Source: a virus. Taken from it: a stretch of DNA of 62,405 bases. Both the position numbers and the translations under genes were made by a program. Shown one piece after another: positions 1 through 7,595 of this stretch. The stretch lies in the IMG/VR virus record IMGVR_UViG_3300049027_000037, positions 1-62,405 of that record. One strand, written 5' to 3'. Under the pieces are notes generated by a model that searched no databases, was not told the DNA's origin, and saw nothing but the letters and a program-made list of their open reading frames with translations. Numbering within the stretch: position 1 is the stretch's first letter; every line of letters begins with the position of its first letter.

Positions 1-127
1 GGTCCTTCGAGTAGATATTCCTGTAAATCGTGCAAATCATTCCTGAGTCGGTTTAAATTTTTGCCTTGCTTCCGCTAATTGCTGTTCGTAGAGATTTGCC
101 TGAGCACTAACGCTGGGCTGATTTTTT
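1..127. repeat. terminal direct repeat copy 1 (circular-assembly overlap)
   Basis: Bases 1-127 are identical to 62279-62405. ORFs continue across the join, so the unique genome is ~62,278 bp and circular or circularly permuted. Confidence 0.95.
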
Positions 128-816
128 CGCCAGCTTTGAATGTATCCCGGTACCATGGTGGAAAAATTCCTAATTGGGCTCCCCCGGTAAAACCATTCGG
201 TGGCGGCATTTGTCTCAAAGAATTTATTCGCCATCTCGTCAGTGCCGCCGTGCCTGTAGAACACTTCACGCACTTGTTCAAGTGTTGGGATTTTTGATTC
301 TCGGTACAAATTGCTTTTACTCAAATCGTGTGTGTCATGACTCTCTCTTTTTCTTTTCCTTTCTTTTCCTTTCCTTTCCTTTGTTGAGTTTTGTTGAACA
401 CTTGTTGGCATTTGTTCAACATGTGTTAACACTTGTTCAACATGTGTTGAATTTTGTTGCTTTGCTACCGCTGACGCTTTGCCTGCTTTCGATCTTATTT
501 CCCTGATTTCCTTACGTTTAGTCAAATTCTTTAAAACCCGGTCAGCCGTGAACTTATCTTCAATCTTTTTCATCAACTTAAACTCGTTGATGCAGTCGTT
601 AATCACTTTTTTTACAAAATCAGCGTTACATCCTATAGGAGCACCAATTGAAGTGAATGTTATTGTATCCAATTGCATGTACCCGCCTTCCTCGTGTAGC
701 ATTTCAATTGTAGTCCAATACACTCCAAGTCCTTGAGCCTTATGCTTTTTAAGAAATGCAACCATCTTTCTGTCGTTCCTGCTGTTATAGTCATGACTAA
801 AATATTCGTTGGGCAT
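37..816 (-). CDS. DUF4373 (Lin1244/Lin1753-like) replication-associated protein
   Basis: N-terminus YFSHDYNSRNDRKMVAFLKKHKAQGLGVYWTTIEMLHEE fits the DUF4373 signature of phage DnaD-like replication proteins. Its stop TGA (39-37) overlaps the primase ATG (40-38 = 62318-62316). Confidence 0.7.
   Translation of the reverse strand: MPNEYFSHDYNSRNDRKMVAFLKKHKAQGLGVYWTTIEMLHEEGGYMQLDTITFTSIGAPIGCNADFVKKVINDCINEFKLMKKIEDKFTADRVLKNLTKRKEIREIRSKAGKASAVAKQQNSTHVEQVLTHVEQMPTSVQQNSTKERKGKERKRKRESHDTHDLSKSNLYRESKIPTLEQVREVFYRHGGTDEMANKFFETNAATEWFYRGSPIRNFSTMVPGYIQSWRKNQPSVSAQANLYEQQLAEARQKFKPTQE
341..382. repeat. 42-nt pure polypyrimidine/polypurine tract
   Basis: The plus strand at 341-382 contains only C and T (ctctctctttttcttttcctttcttttcctttcctttcctt). 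It encodes the basic KERKGKERKRKRE linker on the minus strand. Confidence 0.9.
382..458. repeat. three ~21-bp tandem repeats with eight helically phased TGTT motifs (candidate iterons)
   Basis: TGTT starts at 382, 392, 403, 413, 424, 434, 445 and 455 (spacing 10/11 bp). TTGTTCAACATGTGTT occurs twice (411-426, 434-449). Confidence 0.85.
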
Positions 817-846
817 CCGTTAAAATGTTTTCAGGTGTTGTCGGAT

Positions 847-1542
847 TTATTTTTGCCTGCTTTGTCGCTTCATTTCCTCGATCTTCTCATGACAGGGTAC
901 ACATATCGCCACAAGATCAAATGCCGGCTCATTACCTTTTAAATCAACGAACTGGTAACTTTTATGATGTACCTGGGTAGCGTAGGCATCGAGGCAACAT
1001 TGGCACAAGTAGCTGTCACGCTTAAGAACCAGTGACCGCTTCTCTTTCCATGCGGGGCTGTTCAGGTAAGCGTTATACTTATGCATCCATTGTTGCTTAC
1101 CCAGTGCCTGCTTCTCTGATCTCTTTTCCGATACCTTATTCCAAAAAGTCTTTACCATGCTCCCCCACTTATCCTGCCTCCCTTCGCGCTTGCCTTGGTC
1201 CATCTGCGGGAGTTGTTCGCGCTGCTCTTTTGAATAGCCCCCTAATGAATTGGCGCCTACATCCCCGCAATTCTGGCACTGGTTGCGCACCTGTATAGTA
1301 CCTGCCGATGTGATTAGCTTTACTGGCTGCAGGTTCGGCACGTCGCAACATTCGCTTATATCGTTTACCTGCGCATGATCTAAGCAGTGCTCACATATTT
1401 CAGATTCAAAGAATTGGGTACGTTCAATTGTCAAAGGCTGGCCACACTTTGGGCATGGCTTGGTTGGCGCTGGTACTGGTTGAGTGTTTTGCTTGTTTGC
1501 AAGCCTCGCGCGGATTTGCTCTAATGTTTCAAGTTTCTTCAT
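847..1542 (-). CDS. HNH endonuclease-like zinc-ribbon protein
   Basis: The C-terminus CQCCLDAYATQVHHKSY...ICVPCHEKIE has an HNH-type Cys/His pattern. Several CxxC pairs sit upstream. 231-aa ORF in operon context. Confidence 0.6.
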   Translation of the reverse strand: MKKLETLEQIRARLANKQNTQPVPAPTKPCPKCGQPLTIERTQFFESEICEHCLDHAQVNDISECCDVPNLQPVKLITSAGTIQVRNQCQNCGDVGANSLGGYSKEQREQLPQMDQGKREGRQDKWGSMVKTFWNKVSEKRSEKQALGKQQWMHKYNAYLNSPAWKEKRSLVLKRDSYLCQCCLDAYATQVHHKSYQFVDLKGNEPAFDLVAICVPCHEKIEEMKRQSRQK

Positions 1543-1588
1543 CCCCTCAATTGTTTTTGGTTACTAATCGGGGCCGGATTAAAAACAG

Positions 1589-1993
1589 TTAAAACGGCAA
1601 CTCCCTACTTTCCTTCTCAGCCTTCAACCTTCTCTCGTACGCTTCTTCAATCTTTGGCCGAATCTCTGCGAGGTAAGCGATGGTCATAGGTTGATGTTCG
1701 TCTTTATTCCAGTTCGGACAGTTGAACAACGGTCTTACATGCTGAATGACGGCGTTGGTAACAGTTAGCTTCCCGTCTATTTCATACATAAAGTCGTTCA
1801 TTATTTTTAGCTTACACCCACGTGAACAGTATGCGCCTTCCCGTTCGTACTTTTCATTAATGCATGTGACACAGGTTTTGTTAGCCGGATTTCTATAACA
1901 GGTCGCTTCATGCTTCTCTGCCTCCTTCACTGAGTGCTTAGCCTTCATCCCGCACTTAAACTGGCAGCGATATTTTGTTACTGGTACTGGCAT
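1589..1993 (-). CDS. Cys-rich hypothetical protein
   Basis: The ORF was trimmed to Met15 (ATG 1993-1991) because the upstream 14 codons cover a strong hairpin at 2009-2032. Multiple CxxC pairs are present. Confidence 0.55.
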   Translation of the reverse strand: MPVPVTKYRCQFKCGMKAKHSVKEAEKHEATCYRNPANKTCVTCINEKYEREGAYCSRGCKLKIMNDFMYEIDGKLTVTNAVIQHVRPLFNCPNWNKDEHQPMTIAYLAEIRPKIEEAYERRLKAEKESRELPF

Positions 1994-2008
1994 GTTCTCT
2001 TTTTTAAA

Positions 2009-2032
2009 CCCGCCTCCCGCTAAAGAGGCGGG
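2009..2032 (-). terminator. intergenic hairpin (terminator-like)
   Basis: CCCGCCTC (2009-2016) pairs with GAGGCGGG (2025-2032): an 8-bp stem and 8-nt loop, followed on the minus strand by a short TTT run. Confidence 0.4.
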
Positions 2033-2112
2033 CAATACTTACGACGAAGTGAAACTACTATTGATAAAACCGCCGGTTCATTATAGGCTCTCTGCCGGCA
2101 TGAGCACTATCG

Positions 2113-2538
2113 TTATTCTCCTTCATCTATCAACTCTTTTATCCTTCTGTTAATCTTTTTTACCAGCGGGCAAAGCTTACTGTCGCCGCTATCAATTAGA
2201 GACGTTACCCGCCGAATATTTGACATTATCGTTGTATGATCGCGATCATCAAGGCGCCTGCCAATTTCTGCTAAGCTGATCTTACAGTACTTTTTTGCAA
2301 AGAACCCTATTAACTGTCTTGCCTGTACGCATTCGGTTATCCGGGACGAGCTCATAATCTGTTCAAGTGGCACCTTTGAAATTCTGCTCACTTCATCAAT
2401 TATCGTATCGAGATCAATTGTGCGTGTGTTATCAACAAATGAAATAGCTACAGTCGGGTTACCCGTCAACTGTCTCACTTCTCTTTCACATCGCTCAATC
2501 ACTCTTCTTACTTCGGGGTGGGTAATATGTAACGGCAT
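2113..2538 (-). CDS. DnaA C-terminal (domain IV) HTH protein
   Basis: ARQLIGFFAKKYCKISLAEIGRRLDDRDHTTIMSNIRRV parallels E. coli DnaA domain IV ([39 protein letters not shown]). No AAA+ domain is present. Confidence 0.8.
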   Translation of the reverse strand: MPLHITHPEVRRVIERCEREVRQLTGNPTVAISFVDNTRTIDLDTIIDEVSRISKVPLEQIMSSSRITECVQARQLIGFFAKKYCKISLAEIGRRLDDRDHTTIMSNIRRVTSLIDSGDSKLCPLVKKINRRIKELIDEGE

Positions 2539-2568
2539 ACTCTTAGGGGTTGGGTCACTACAATGGGT

Positions 2569-2910
2569 TTACGCTTGATTAAACAAATTCCAATCTTCTT
2601 CAGTCATTTGTTCAGTGAACACTTCGGCTGTGTCAATTCGTGATATTTGTTTCTGACCGGTTGATGGTTTGTTATACTCCACCCAACACTGAATATCCCG
2701 CATTTCGTAGCCGTCTGAAACCTTAATTGAAAGGTCGTCACACGCGAGTTTTACCTTATCAGCGTCGGCGGTGTACTTCTTAGCCACTTCTTTCTTTTCG
2801 GCAACGATGGCTTTTAGCTTAATTATACCAGCCGCCAATTCAAGTGAAAGCGCATGCGCTTCTGCCTCGCTGAAGTCGTGCCTGAACTCTTTTGTTATTA
2901 AATCGGGCAT
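2569..2910 (-). CDS. hypothetical protein
   Basis: 113-aa ORF co-oriented in a tightly packed early operon. No motif recognised. Confidence 0.6.
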   Translation of the reverse strand: MPDLITKEFRHDFSEAEAHALSLELAAGIIKLKAIVAEKKEVAKKYTADADKVKLACDDLSIKVSDGYEMRDIQCWVEYNKPSTGQKQISRIDTAEVFTEQMTEEDWNLFNQA

Positions 2911-2980
2911 AGTGTTATGATTTTGGTTTTAACTTTTTACAATTTATATATTCATAAGATTCGATATATCAGGGCGAAAG

Positions 2981-3003
2981 AAACGACCGGGTGAGGGTCG
3001 TTT
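2981..3003 (-). terminator. intergenic hairpin (terminator-like)
   Basis: AAACGACC (2981-2988) pairs with GGTCGTTT (2996-3003) around a 7-nt loop. It lies directly downstream of the stop at 3008. Confidence 0.4.
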
Positions 3004-3007
3004 AGAA

Positions 3008-3415
3008 TTAACTACTGTAGCTGGTTACTTTCAATTCTTCCTTGAGCGCAGATACACACGTGCGCAATGCCTCGATGGTATGTAACAATGTTCTACTGCA
3101 TCTTTCACAAATATCATAGTCGTACTGCTCCTGCTCGATCTTGGCGCTTACATAATCCTTGATAACGGACGGGCTGAAAAACTCATTATTGGCTACGCTG
3201 CTACATAACAGGTTGTTATATACCTGCACTTTCTTTTTATTCATTAGCTTCTTAGCAACGGCCATCTGGTTGTTTACAAACGCCAGTGATTTGCAGAGTA
3301 TGCCAACCTGATCAATTAACCAACTAATAGATTGCGATGCAGTGTAGCCATCGGCGGCAGTCTCTAAATATTCAAGACAATCCTCAACTCTTTTTATCTG
3401 TAATTCTGCTTGCAT
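3008..3415 (-). CDS. hypothetical protein
   Basis: 135-aa ORF whose start abuts the stop of the upstream gene. Confidence 0.6.
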   Translation of the reverse strand: MQAELQIKRVEDCLEYLETAADGYTASQSISWLIDQVGILCKSLAFVNNQMAVAKKLMNKKKVQVYNNLLCSSVANNEFFSPSVIKDYVSAKIEQEQYDYDICERCSRTLLHTIEALRTCVSALKEELKVTSYSS

Positions 3416-3726
3416 TATTCAAATATTGTAGCGTTAACATCACAATCATATTTACCAACTACAACCGAAACCGGCGGCGGTAATAGCCGTATACGTTGGT
3501 ACAGGCTGGCAATCATTAGCCTGGCATTTACCTGATCCTCTTTTACCGGCCCGTGCCAGAAACCATCACCATCCATTAAGTGAACACCATCAGGGCCAAC
3601 ACAGGCACCGTAGCAAGAGAATAGGTTAACATGCGGTGAAGCCTTTACCCTTATAGCATCATTGAACATCACCTGGTGATCAGGGTATTTAGTGATGGCG
3701 TCGGTTATAAATTGTAGGTGGTTCAT
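3415..3726 (-). CDS. hypothetical protein
   Basis: 103-aa ORF packed between neighbouring genes. Confidence 0.6.
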   Translation of the reverse strand: MNHLQFITDAITKYPDHQVMFNDAIRVKASPHVNLFSCYGACVGPDGVHLMDGDGFWHGPVKEDQVNARLMIASLYQRIRLLPPPVSVVVGKYDCDVNATIFE

Positions 3727-3729
3727 GGC

Positions 3730-4608
3730 TTAGTTGGGGTTGTTAACCGGCTTAGGCTTCATGATTTCATTCATTCGGTCTTTGCCAGCGGTCTTGAATG
3801 ATTCGCTACCTGAAACATACATTGGTAATGTTTCCTTGAACAACTTCAGGTCATCCACAGAATTGCAATTAGCCAATTTCGCAATGGCGTCGTTTATCTC
3901 CTGCGTTGGGTCAACTCCGTTTTCGCACCATTCCGCTATCATTTGACCAGTTGCTTCGGATGGAATAAACTCAGGCTTACCGCTGAATAGGCCGGTGCGA
4001 TCTTTTGAGGCGGTCGCAAAGTGCCCGTGATCGAGTTCAAGGTTAACAGTTAACTCATACTCAAACCCTTCCCGCGTGATCTCTTTTAACCCAGCCTTTT
4101 CTACTTTCAGCTTACCGTCGGCGCCCTTAGACATTTCGTAATCCTGCTTACGGCGCACTGTGGTGATGATGTGGCACTTGCTTTGAAGAATCTTATCAAC
4201 GAATGCCTGGTGGCGCGGCGTTACCTTACCCCATGCGATGTAGCTATTTTTGCTGGTGCTGGCTTGTGCAAGTTGATCAACGAGTTCAAGGCAACCGCCT
4301 TTTCCATCCCATTCGTGTGTGATGGAATCGATTATGATTACTTCCATTCCCGCCTTTTCACATGCTTCAATCGCTTCAATATATTTCTCAGGTGCATATG
4401 GGGCTTGTAGTGATAGTACATTGTAGTCGCCAAGGTGACAATACAGGTCGCCCGATCCATTCTCGGTATCTATCATACCTATCCTTGTCCAGTCGCCACA
4501 TAGGCCTTTGGCAATCTTTAACGCTGACATTGTTTTACCGCCACCGGCTACGGCAGACAAACCGAGTCTTATTTTCGCTTTCTGCCTGGTTGCTTTCCTT
4601 AGTTGCAT
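3730..4608 (-). CDS. RecA-fold AAA ATPase (AAA_24 / Sak4-like)
   Basis: Walker A GLSAVAGGGKT and a Walker B-like VIIIDSITHEW. Size and position match phage Sak4-type recombination ATPases. Confidence 0.6.
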   Translation of the reverse strand: MQLRKATRQKAKIRLGLSAVAGGGKTMSALKIAKGLCGDWTRIGMIDTENGSGDLYCHLGDYNVLSLQAPYAPEKYIEAIEACEKAGMEVIIIDSITHEWDGKGGCLELVDQLAQASTSKNSYIAWGKVTPRHQAFVDKILQSKCHIITTVRRKQDYEMSKGADGKLKVEKAGLKEITREGFEYELTVNLELDHGHFATASKDRTGLFSGKPEFIPSEATGQMIAEWCENGVDPTQEINDAIAKLANCNSVDDLKLFKETLPMYVSGSESFKTAGKDRMNEIMKPKPVNNPN

Positions 4609-4629
4609 ATGATTAGGTTTGAAGGTTTA

Positions 4630-5862
4630 TTAATTAGTTGCTTCCTGTAATAACTGGTACTCGATCTCTCCTGCCTCGTAATCAGGACGCTCTATGAGTA
4701 GCTGCAAATCATTATCAGCCGCCCACTGCTCAATTTCTGAGAGACTGTTTTTATCCAGGTAAGAGGCGTCGAAGTGGAGTGTTTTAACTTCACCCAATCC
4801 AAGGGCTGCCAGCTTCAACGCGGCGATGTAGATGCCGGACGAACTGAGTTGTTCTTTGGTGAACTCGAAACCGTTATACGTGATGCCCTCGTCACTGAAA
4901 CCGAAACCGTCAGGCATGGAGGCGTTTTTAATCACTTCCAGCTTTTCAGCTTCAATGCGTTTGACGTCAGCGTCGGCTTCTTTAGCGTTCGCCTCACACT
5001 TGTTGTATACTTCAAGCTGTTTTTTGTACTGGTTGTTGGCAGCAATTTCTTTGTTCTTAGCTTTCAGTTCGGCAAGTTGCGCCTTCAGTTCTTCCGCGTT
5101 CAGTTTGATTTTGTTCTTATCGTCCGCCAGCCATACATTACCCTTAGTAATGTCAACCATTATGGCATTGTTCTTTTCTTGAATAGCTTTAATCTTCGCT
5201 GCCAATTCCTCAATTTCATTTTCGTTATCGGCTACTAGTTTTTTCTTTTCTTCCAACCGCGCCTTAAAGTCAACCACGCGTTGGTTGTGACTATCAATAC
5301 CGGCAATCTCTTTTTCGAGTTCTTCGGTAGGGAGTTCCTCAGCAGGTAGGTCGGGATCTATCTTTTGCAGCTTCGCCTTCTCTTCAGCAAGGCGCTTATT
5401 CTCCCAGGTACGCGTTTCATACGCCTCTTTGTACAGCAGGTCAATTTCGGTGAAGTCTATACCTGTCAACTTCTGCAGTACTTCTTTTTGCTTTTTCGGT
5501 GTGCTGTTAAGGAAGGCATCAACATCAAACACCGGTGGGAAATAGTAATTGCAAATATCTTTGGTAAGCGAGGTCTTAATATTGCGCTCTGTGAAGAACG
5601 CGAGCTTTTCCTTTTTCTCATCGAACGACCAAAGGAACTTTTCACCGGTTGTAAGTTCCAGTTCGGCAAAGCCTTCCATTTCGCCCTCCTTCAATATGAG
5701 TTCCGGCTTATGGCCGCGCAACCGTTCGGGTAACGATTTAAGAAAGCTGCTTTTGCCTTTATTGTTTCCACCGGTAATGATTGCGGTACAGCCGTTAAAG
5801 TCAGCGGTGAGGGCTGAGACGGCCTTTAAATTCGATACCGTTATCTTTTTAACTTTTGTCAT
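4630..5862 (-). CDS. SMC/RecF/SbcC-like coiled-coil ATPase
   Basis: N-terminal P-loop ITGGNNKGKSS, a long Lys/Glu coiled coil, and a C-terminal LHFDASYLD Walker B/D-loop. Confidence 0.65.
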   Translation of the reverse strand: MTKVKKITVSNLKAVSALTADFNGCTAIITGGNNKGKSSFLKSLPERLRGHKPELILKEGEMEGFAELELTTGEKFLWSFDEKKEKLAFFTERNIKTSLTKDICNYYFPPVFDVDAFLNSTPKKQKEVLQKLTGIDFTEIDLLYKEAYETRTWENKRLAEEKAKLQKIDPDLPAEELPTEELEKEIAGIDSHNQRVVDFKARLEEKKKLVADNENEIEELAAKIKAIQEKNNAIMVDITKGNVWLADDKNKIKLNAEELKAQLAELKAKNKEIAANNQYKKQLEVYNKCEANAKEADADVKRIEAEKLEVIKNASMPDGFGFSDEGITYNGFEFTKEQLSSSGIYIAALKLAALGLGEVKTLHFDASYLDKNSLSEIEQWAADNDLQLLIERPDYEAGEIEYQLLQEATN

Positions 5863-5906
5863 ACCTTTACCTGAGTTTTATTATGTAATGATTAGTTTTT
5901 AAATAA

Positions 5907-5929
5907 GGGCTCCCCATTTCAGGGAGCCC
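5907..5929 (-). terminator. rho-independent terminator-like hairpin
   Basis: GGGCTCCC (5907-5914) pairs with GGGAGCCC (5922-5929) around a 7-nt loop. The minus strand continues TTATTTAAAAA. It sits just after the stop at 5949. Confidence 0.55.
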
Positions 5930-5948
5930 CCTCTGTGTCGGGAATCTC

Positions 5949-6359
5949 TTATCCTTCTGTCTCTTCGCTTTCCATAGCGCTTTCCTGTGCGGCTTGTTCA
6001 GTGGCTGCTACCTGGTCGTTAGTTGCTTCTGCTTGTTGGCCTGCTGCTTCCTGTTGTTTCTGCTCGTTCGGATCGTGTAACATATGATTGATACCAGACT
6101 GACCGCTGGTAGGGTTTACTATTAAGGCTCTGCCCTGACACCTTTCCCACGAAAAACATCTCTCTTTTATACACTCCTTACACCCGGTTTCGTGCCATCC
6201 ACATTCACAACCATATGGAGATGCCTGTACTGAGTAAGGGCCAAATCCATTGTCTACCCAATCTGTTTGTAACTCAGCGTTACATTGCGGGCAATTGAAC
6301 ACTGGTTCTTCTCTGCATGTGTTTGCGATGCTATTCATATATATTTCACTATCGTTCAT
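5949..6359 (-). CDS. Cys-rich hypothetical protein with Gln/Glu-rich tail
   Basis: 136-aa ORF with CPQC...CECGWHETGCKEC motifs. It is the first gene after the ncRNA island. Confidence 0.6.
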   Translation of the reverse strand: MNDSEIYMNSIANTCREEPVFNCPQCNAELQTDWVDNGFGPYSVQASPYGCECGWHETGCKECIKERCFSWERCQGRALIVNPTSGQSGINHMLHDPNEQKQQEAAGQQAEATNDQVAATEQAAQESAMESEETEG

Positions 6360-6390
6360 ATTCTCAACTTTTTAATTGTCATTTAAAGAG

Positions 6391-6414
6391 GGGCCGAAGG
6401 AAAGCCAACGGCCC
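6391..6414 (-). terminator. hairpin (terminator-like)
   Basis: GGGCCG (6391-6396) pairs with CGGCCC (6409-6414) around a 12-nt loop. It is one of three consecutive hairpins between the tRNA-like RNA and the next gene. Confidence 0.4.
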
Positions 6415-6485
6415 GTTGTTAATCCAGATCCATGAAAAAAGCCGACCCCTTGGTCAATGCGTTATGCTTAGTTGCTGTTGTCTTT

Positions 6486-6512
6486 TAAAAACCCCGCCCA
6501 TGAGCGACGGGG
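6486..6512 (-). terminator. rho-independent terminator
   Basis: On the minus strand, CCCCG (6512-6508) pairs with CGGGG (6496-6492) and is followed by TTTTT (6491-6487). It lies 30 nt downstream of the tRNA-like RNA. Confidence 0.6.
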
Positions 6513-6542
6513 TAACCCTTAAACCTTATGCTAAATGAACAG

Positions 6543-6653
6543 TGCAAGGGCCGGGACTCGAACCCGGACGGAGTGCATAGCATCTGCATAGCCTCCTACA
6601 ACTTAGCGTGTACTTTGCCGTGTTGCTAACGTCTACCATTTCGTCACCCTTGC
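6543..6653 (-). ncRNA. tRNA-like RNA A (canonical acceptor, D and T arms; no canonical anticodon arm)
   Basis: GCAAGGG-UG-ACG AAAUGGUAGA CGU-[61 nt]-CCGGG UUCGAGU CCCGG-CCCUUGC-A. The acceptor and T stems are perfect and the D arm is class II type. No 5-bp stem with a 7-nt loop fits anywhere in the 61-nt insert. Confidence 0.55.
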
Positions 6654-6722
6654 TTATCCCCGGTGGTTGTCCCGGGGAACCATTTAACCATTAAACCTTA
6701 TCCTATGAAACAAGAAACTTTA

Positions 6723-6966
6723 GCAGTGGATGGCAGGATTTAACCAGCATTTTGGTTTGCCGACCAGGGACACCCTAGTCCTTACCTGCACGAAATTATA
6801 GTTGCTGTTAGTTCGCACCCTTACGGGGATAGTGGTCATGATTTTCAGCAACCTTATGGACTACCGCACCTTACCTTATATTTACCGAACTTGTCTTACA
6901 GGTGCGCACATTAGTAATCCCTTCTCAGCCCATCACTTTAGCGTCTACTTCCGCCACATCCACTGC
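6723..6966 (-). ncRNA. candidate structured RNA B with tRNA-like ends
   Basis: A 10-bp terminal helix forms from GCAGTGGATG (6966-6957) and CATCCACTGC (6732-6723). UG-GCG GAAGUAGA CGC follows the 5' strand. An imperfect ATGCTGG-TTAAATC-CTGCCAT arm precedes the 3' strand. Confidence 0.3.
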
Positions 6967-7235
6967 ATAACTTTTGTATTGATAGCTGCCCCCGGATTTT
7001 AACCGCTCGACACTTAGGACGAATTTTGCGACCACTACCAATACAATTATTTATCTATCAAAGAACTTTATTTCAACGGCCTAAACAACCTGTACACAGT
7101 ACCGAACACAGCAATGAAGAAGTCGAGCAAACAGCTAAAGAGAAACTTCAATTCTTGCATGGTGGATGGTTTTAAAAGCAGACCGTAGAGACGGCCCGCG
7201 TCCTTGGTTATAAGAATCTGCCGATTAGCAGCGCG

Positions 7236-7502
7236 TTACAATTTCTTATACTTGCTATACTCTCGCAACCAGAACACCGGTAATTCATGTTCACGTGCAT
7301 ACTCATAACACCCCTCGTAGCCCAGGCTGTCAAATATGATCTTAAAGTTTGGGTACGACATATAGAACGTCGTAAACTGTTTGCCGTCGTAGTAGCTAAT
7401 ATGGGCTACGCTATCGGTTCCGTCAGGCGAGTACCTCACTTCATGGGTAGTCTCTTTGCACGATGCTATGGCGAAGAACAGTATGTAAATAAGATGTTTC
7501 AT
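7236..7502 (-). CDS. small lipoprotein
   Basis: Internal Met (ATG 7502-7500) gives MKHLIYILFFAIASC, a signal peptide with a lipobox Cys. The first 27 codons of the longer ORF are Asn/Arg low-complexity. Confidence 0.6.
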   Translation of the reverse strand: MKHLIYILFFAIASCKETTHEVRYSPDGTDSVAHISYYDGKQFTTFYMSYPNFKIIFDSLGYEGCYEYAREHELPVFWLREYSKYKKL

Positions 7503-7595
7503 TTGCGTTTGTCTTTTTGCATTCCTAGAATGAGCATTGTAACTCCGAATACGAGCACGATTGTTATTATTATTTTGTACCACATAGGTTATGGG

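Noticed and set aside
75-506. Overlapping ORFs on both strands (75-281 minus, 79-297 plus, 174-506 plus) inside the DUF4373 gene. The same pattern recurs as many shadow ORFs across the window, for example 4774-5238, 24584-24955, 33577-34573 and 39777-40169.
   Set aside because: They lie antisense to, or out of frame within, long well-supported minus-strand genes. They have low-complexity Ser/Leu/Phe-rich translations and no independent operon logic.
6994-7004. Additional tRNA-like units anchored on the GGTTAAAATCC (6994-7004) and GGTTAAATGC (7835-7844) motifs.
   Set aside because: Only 3-bp stems flank these loops and I found no matching acceptor strands. I note them as motif recurrences but do not call them as genes.
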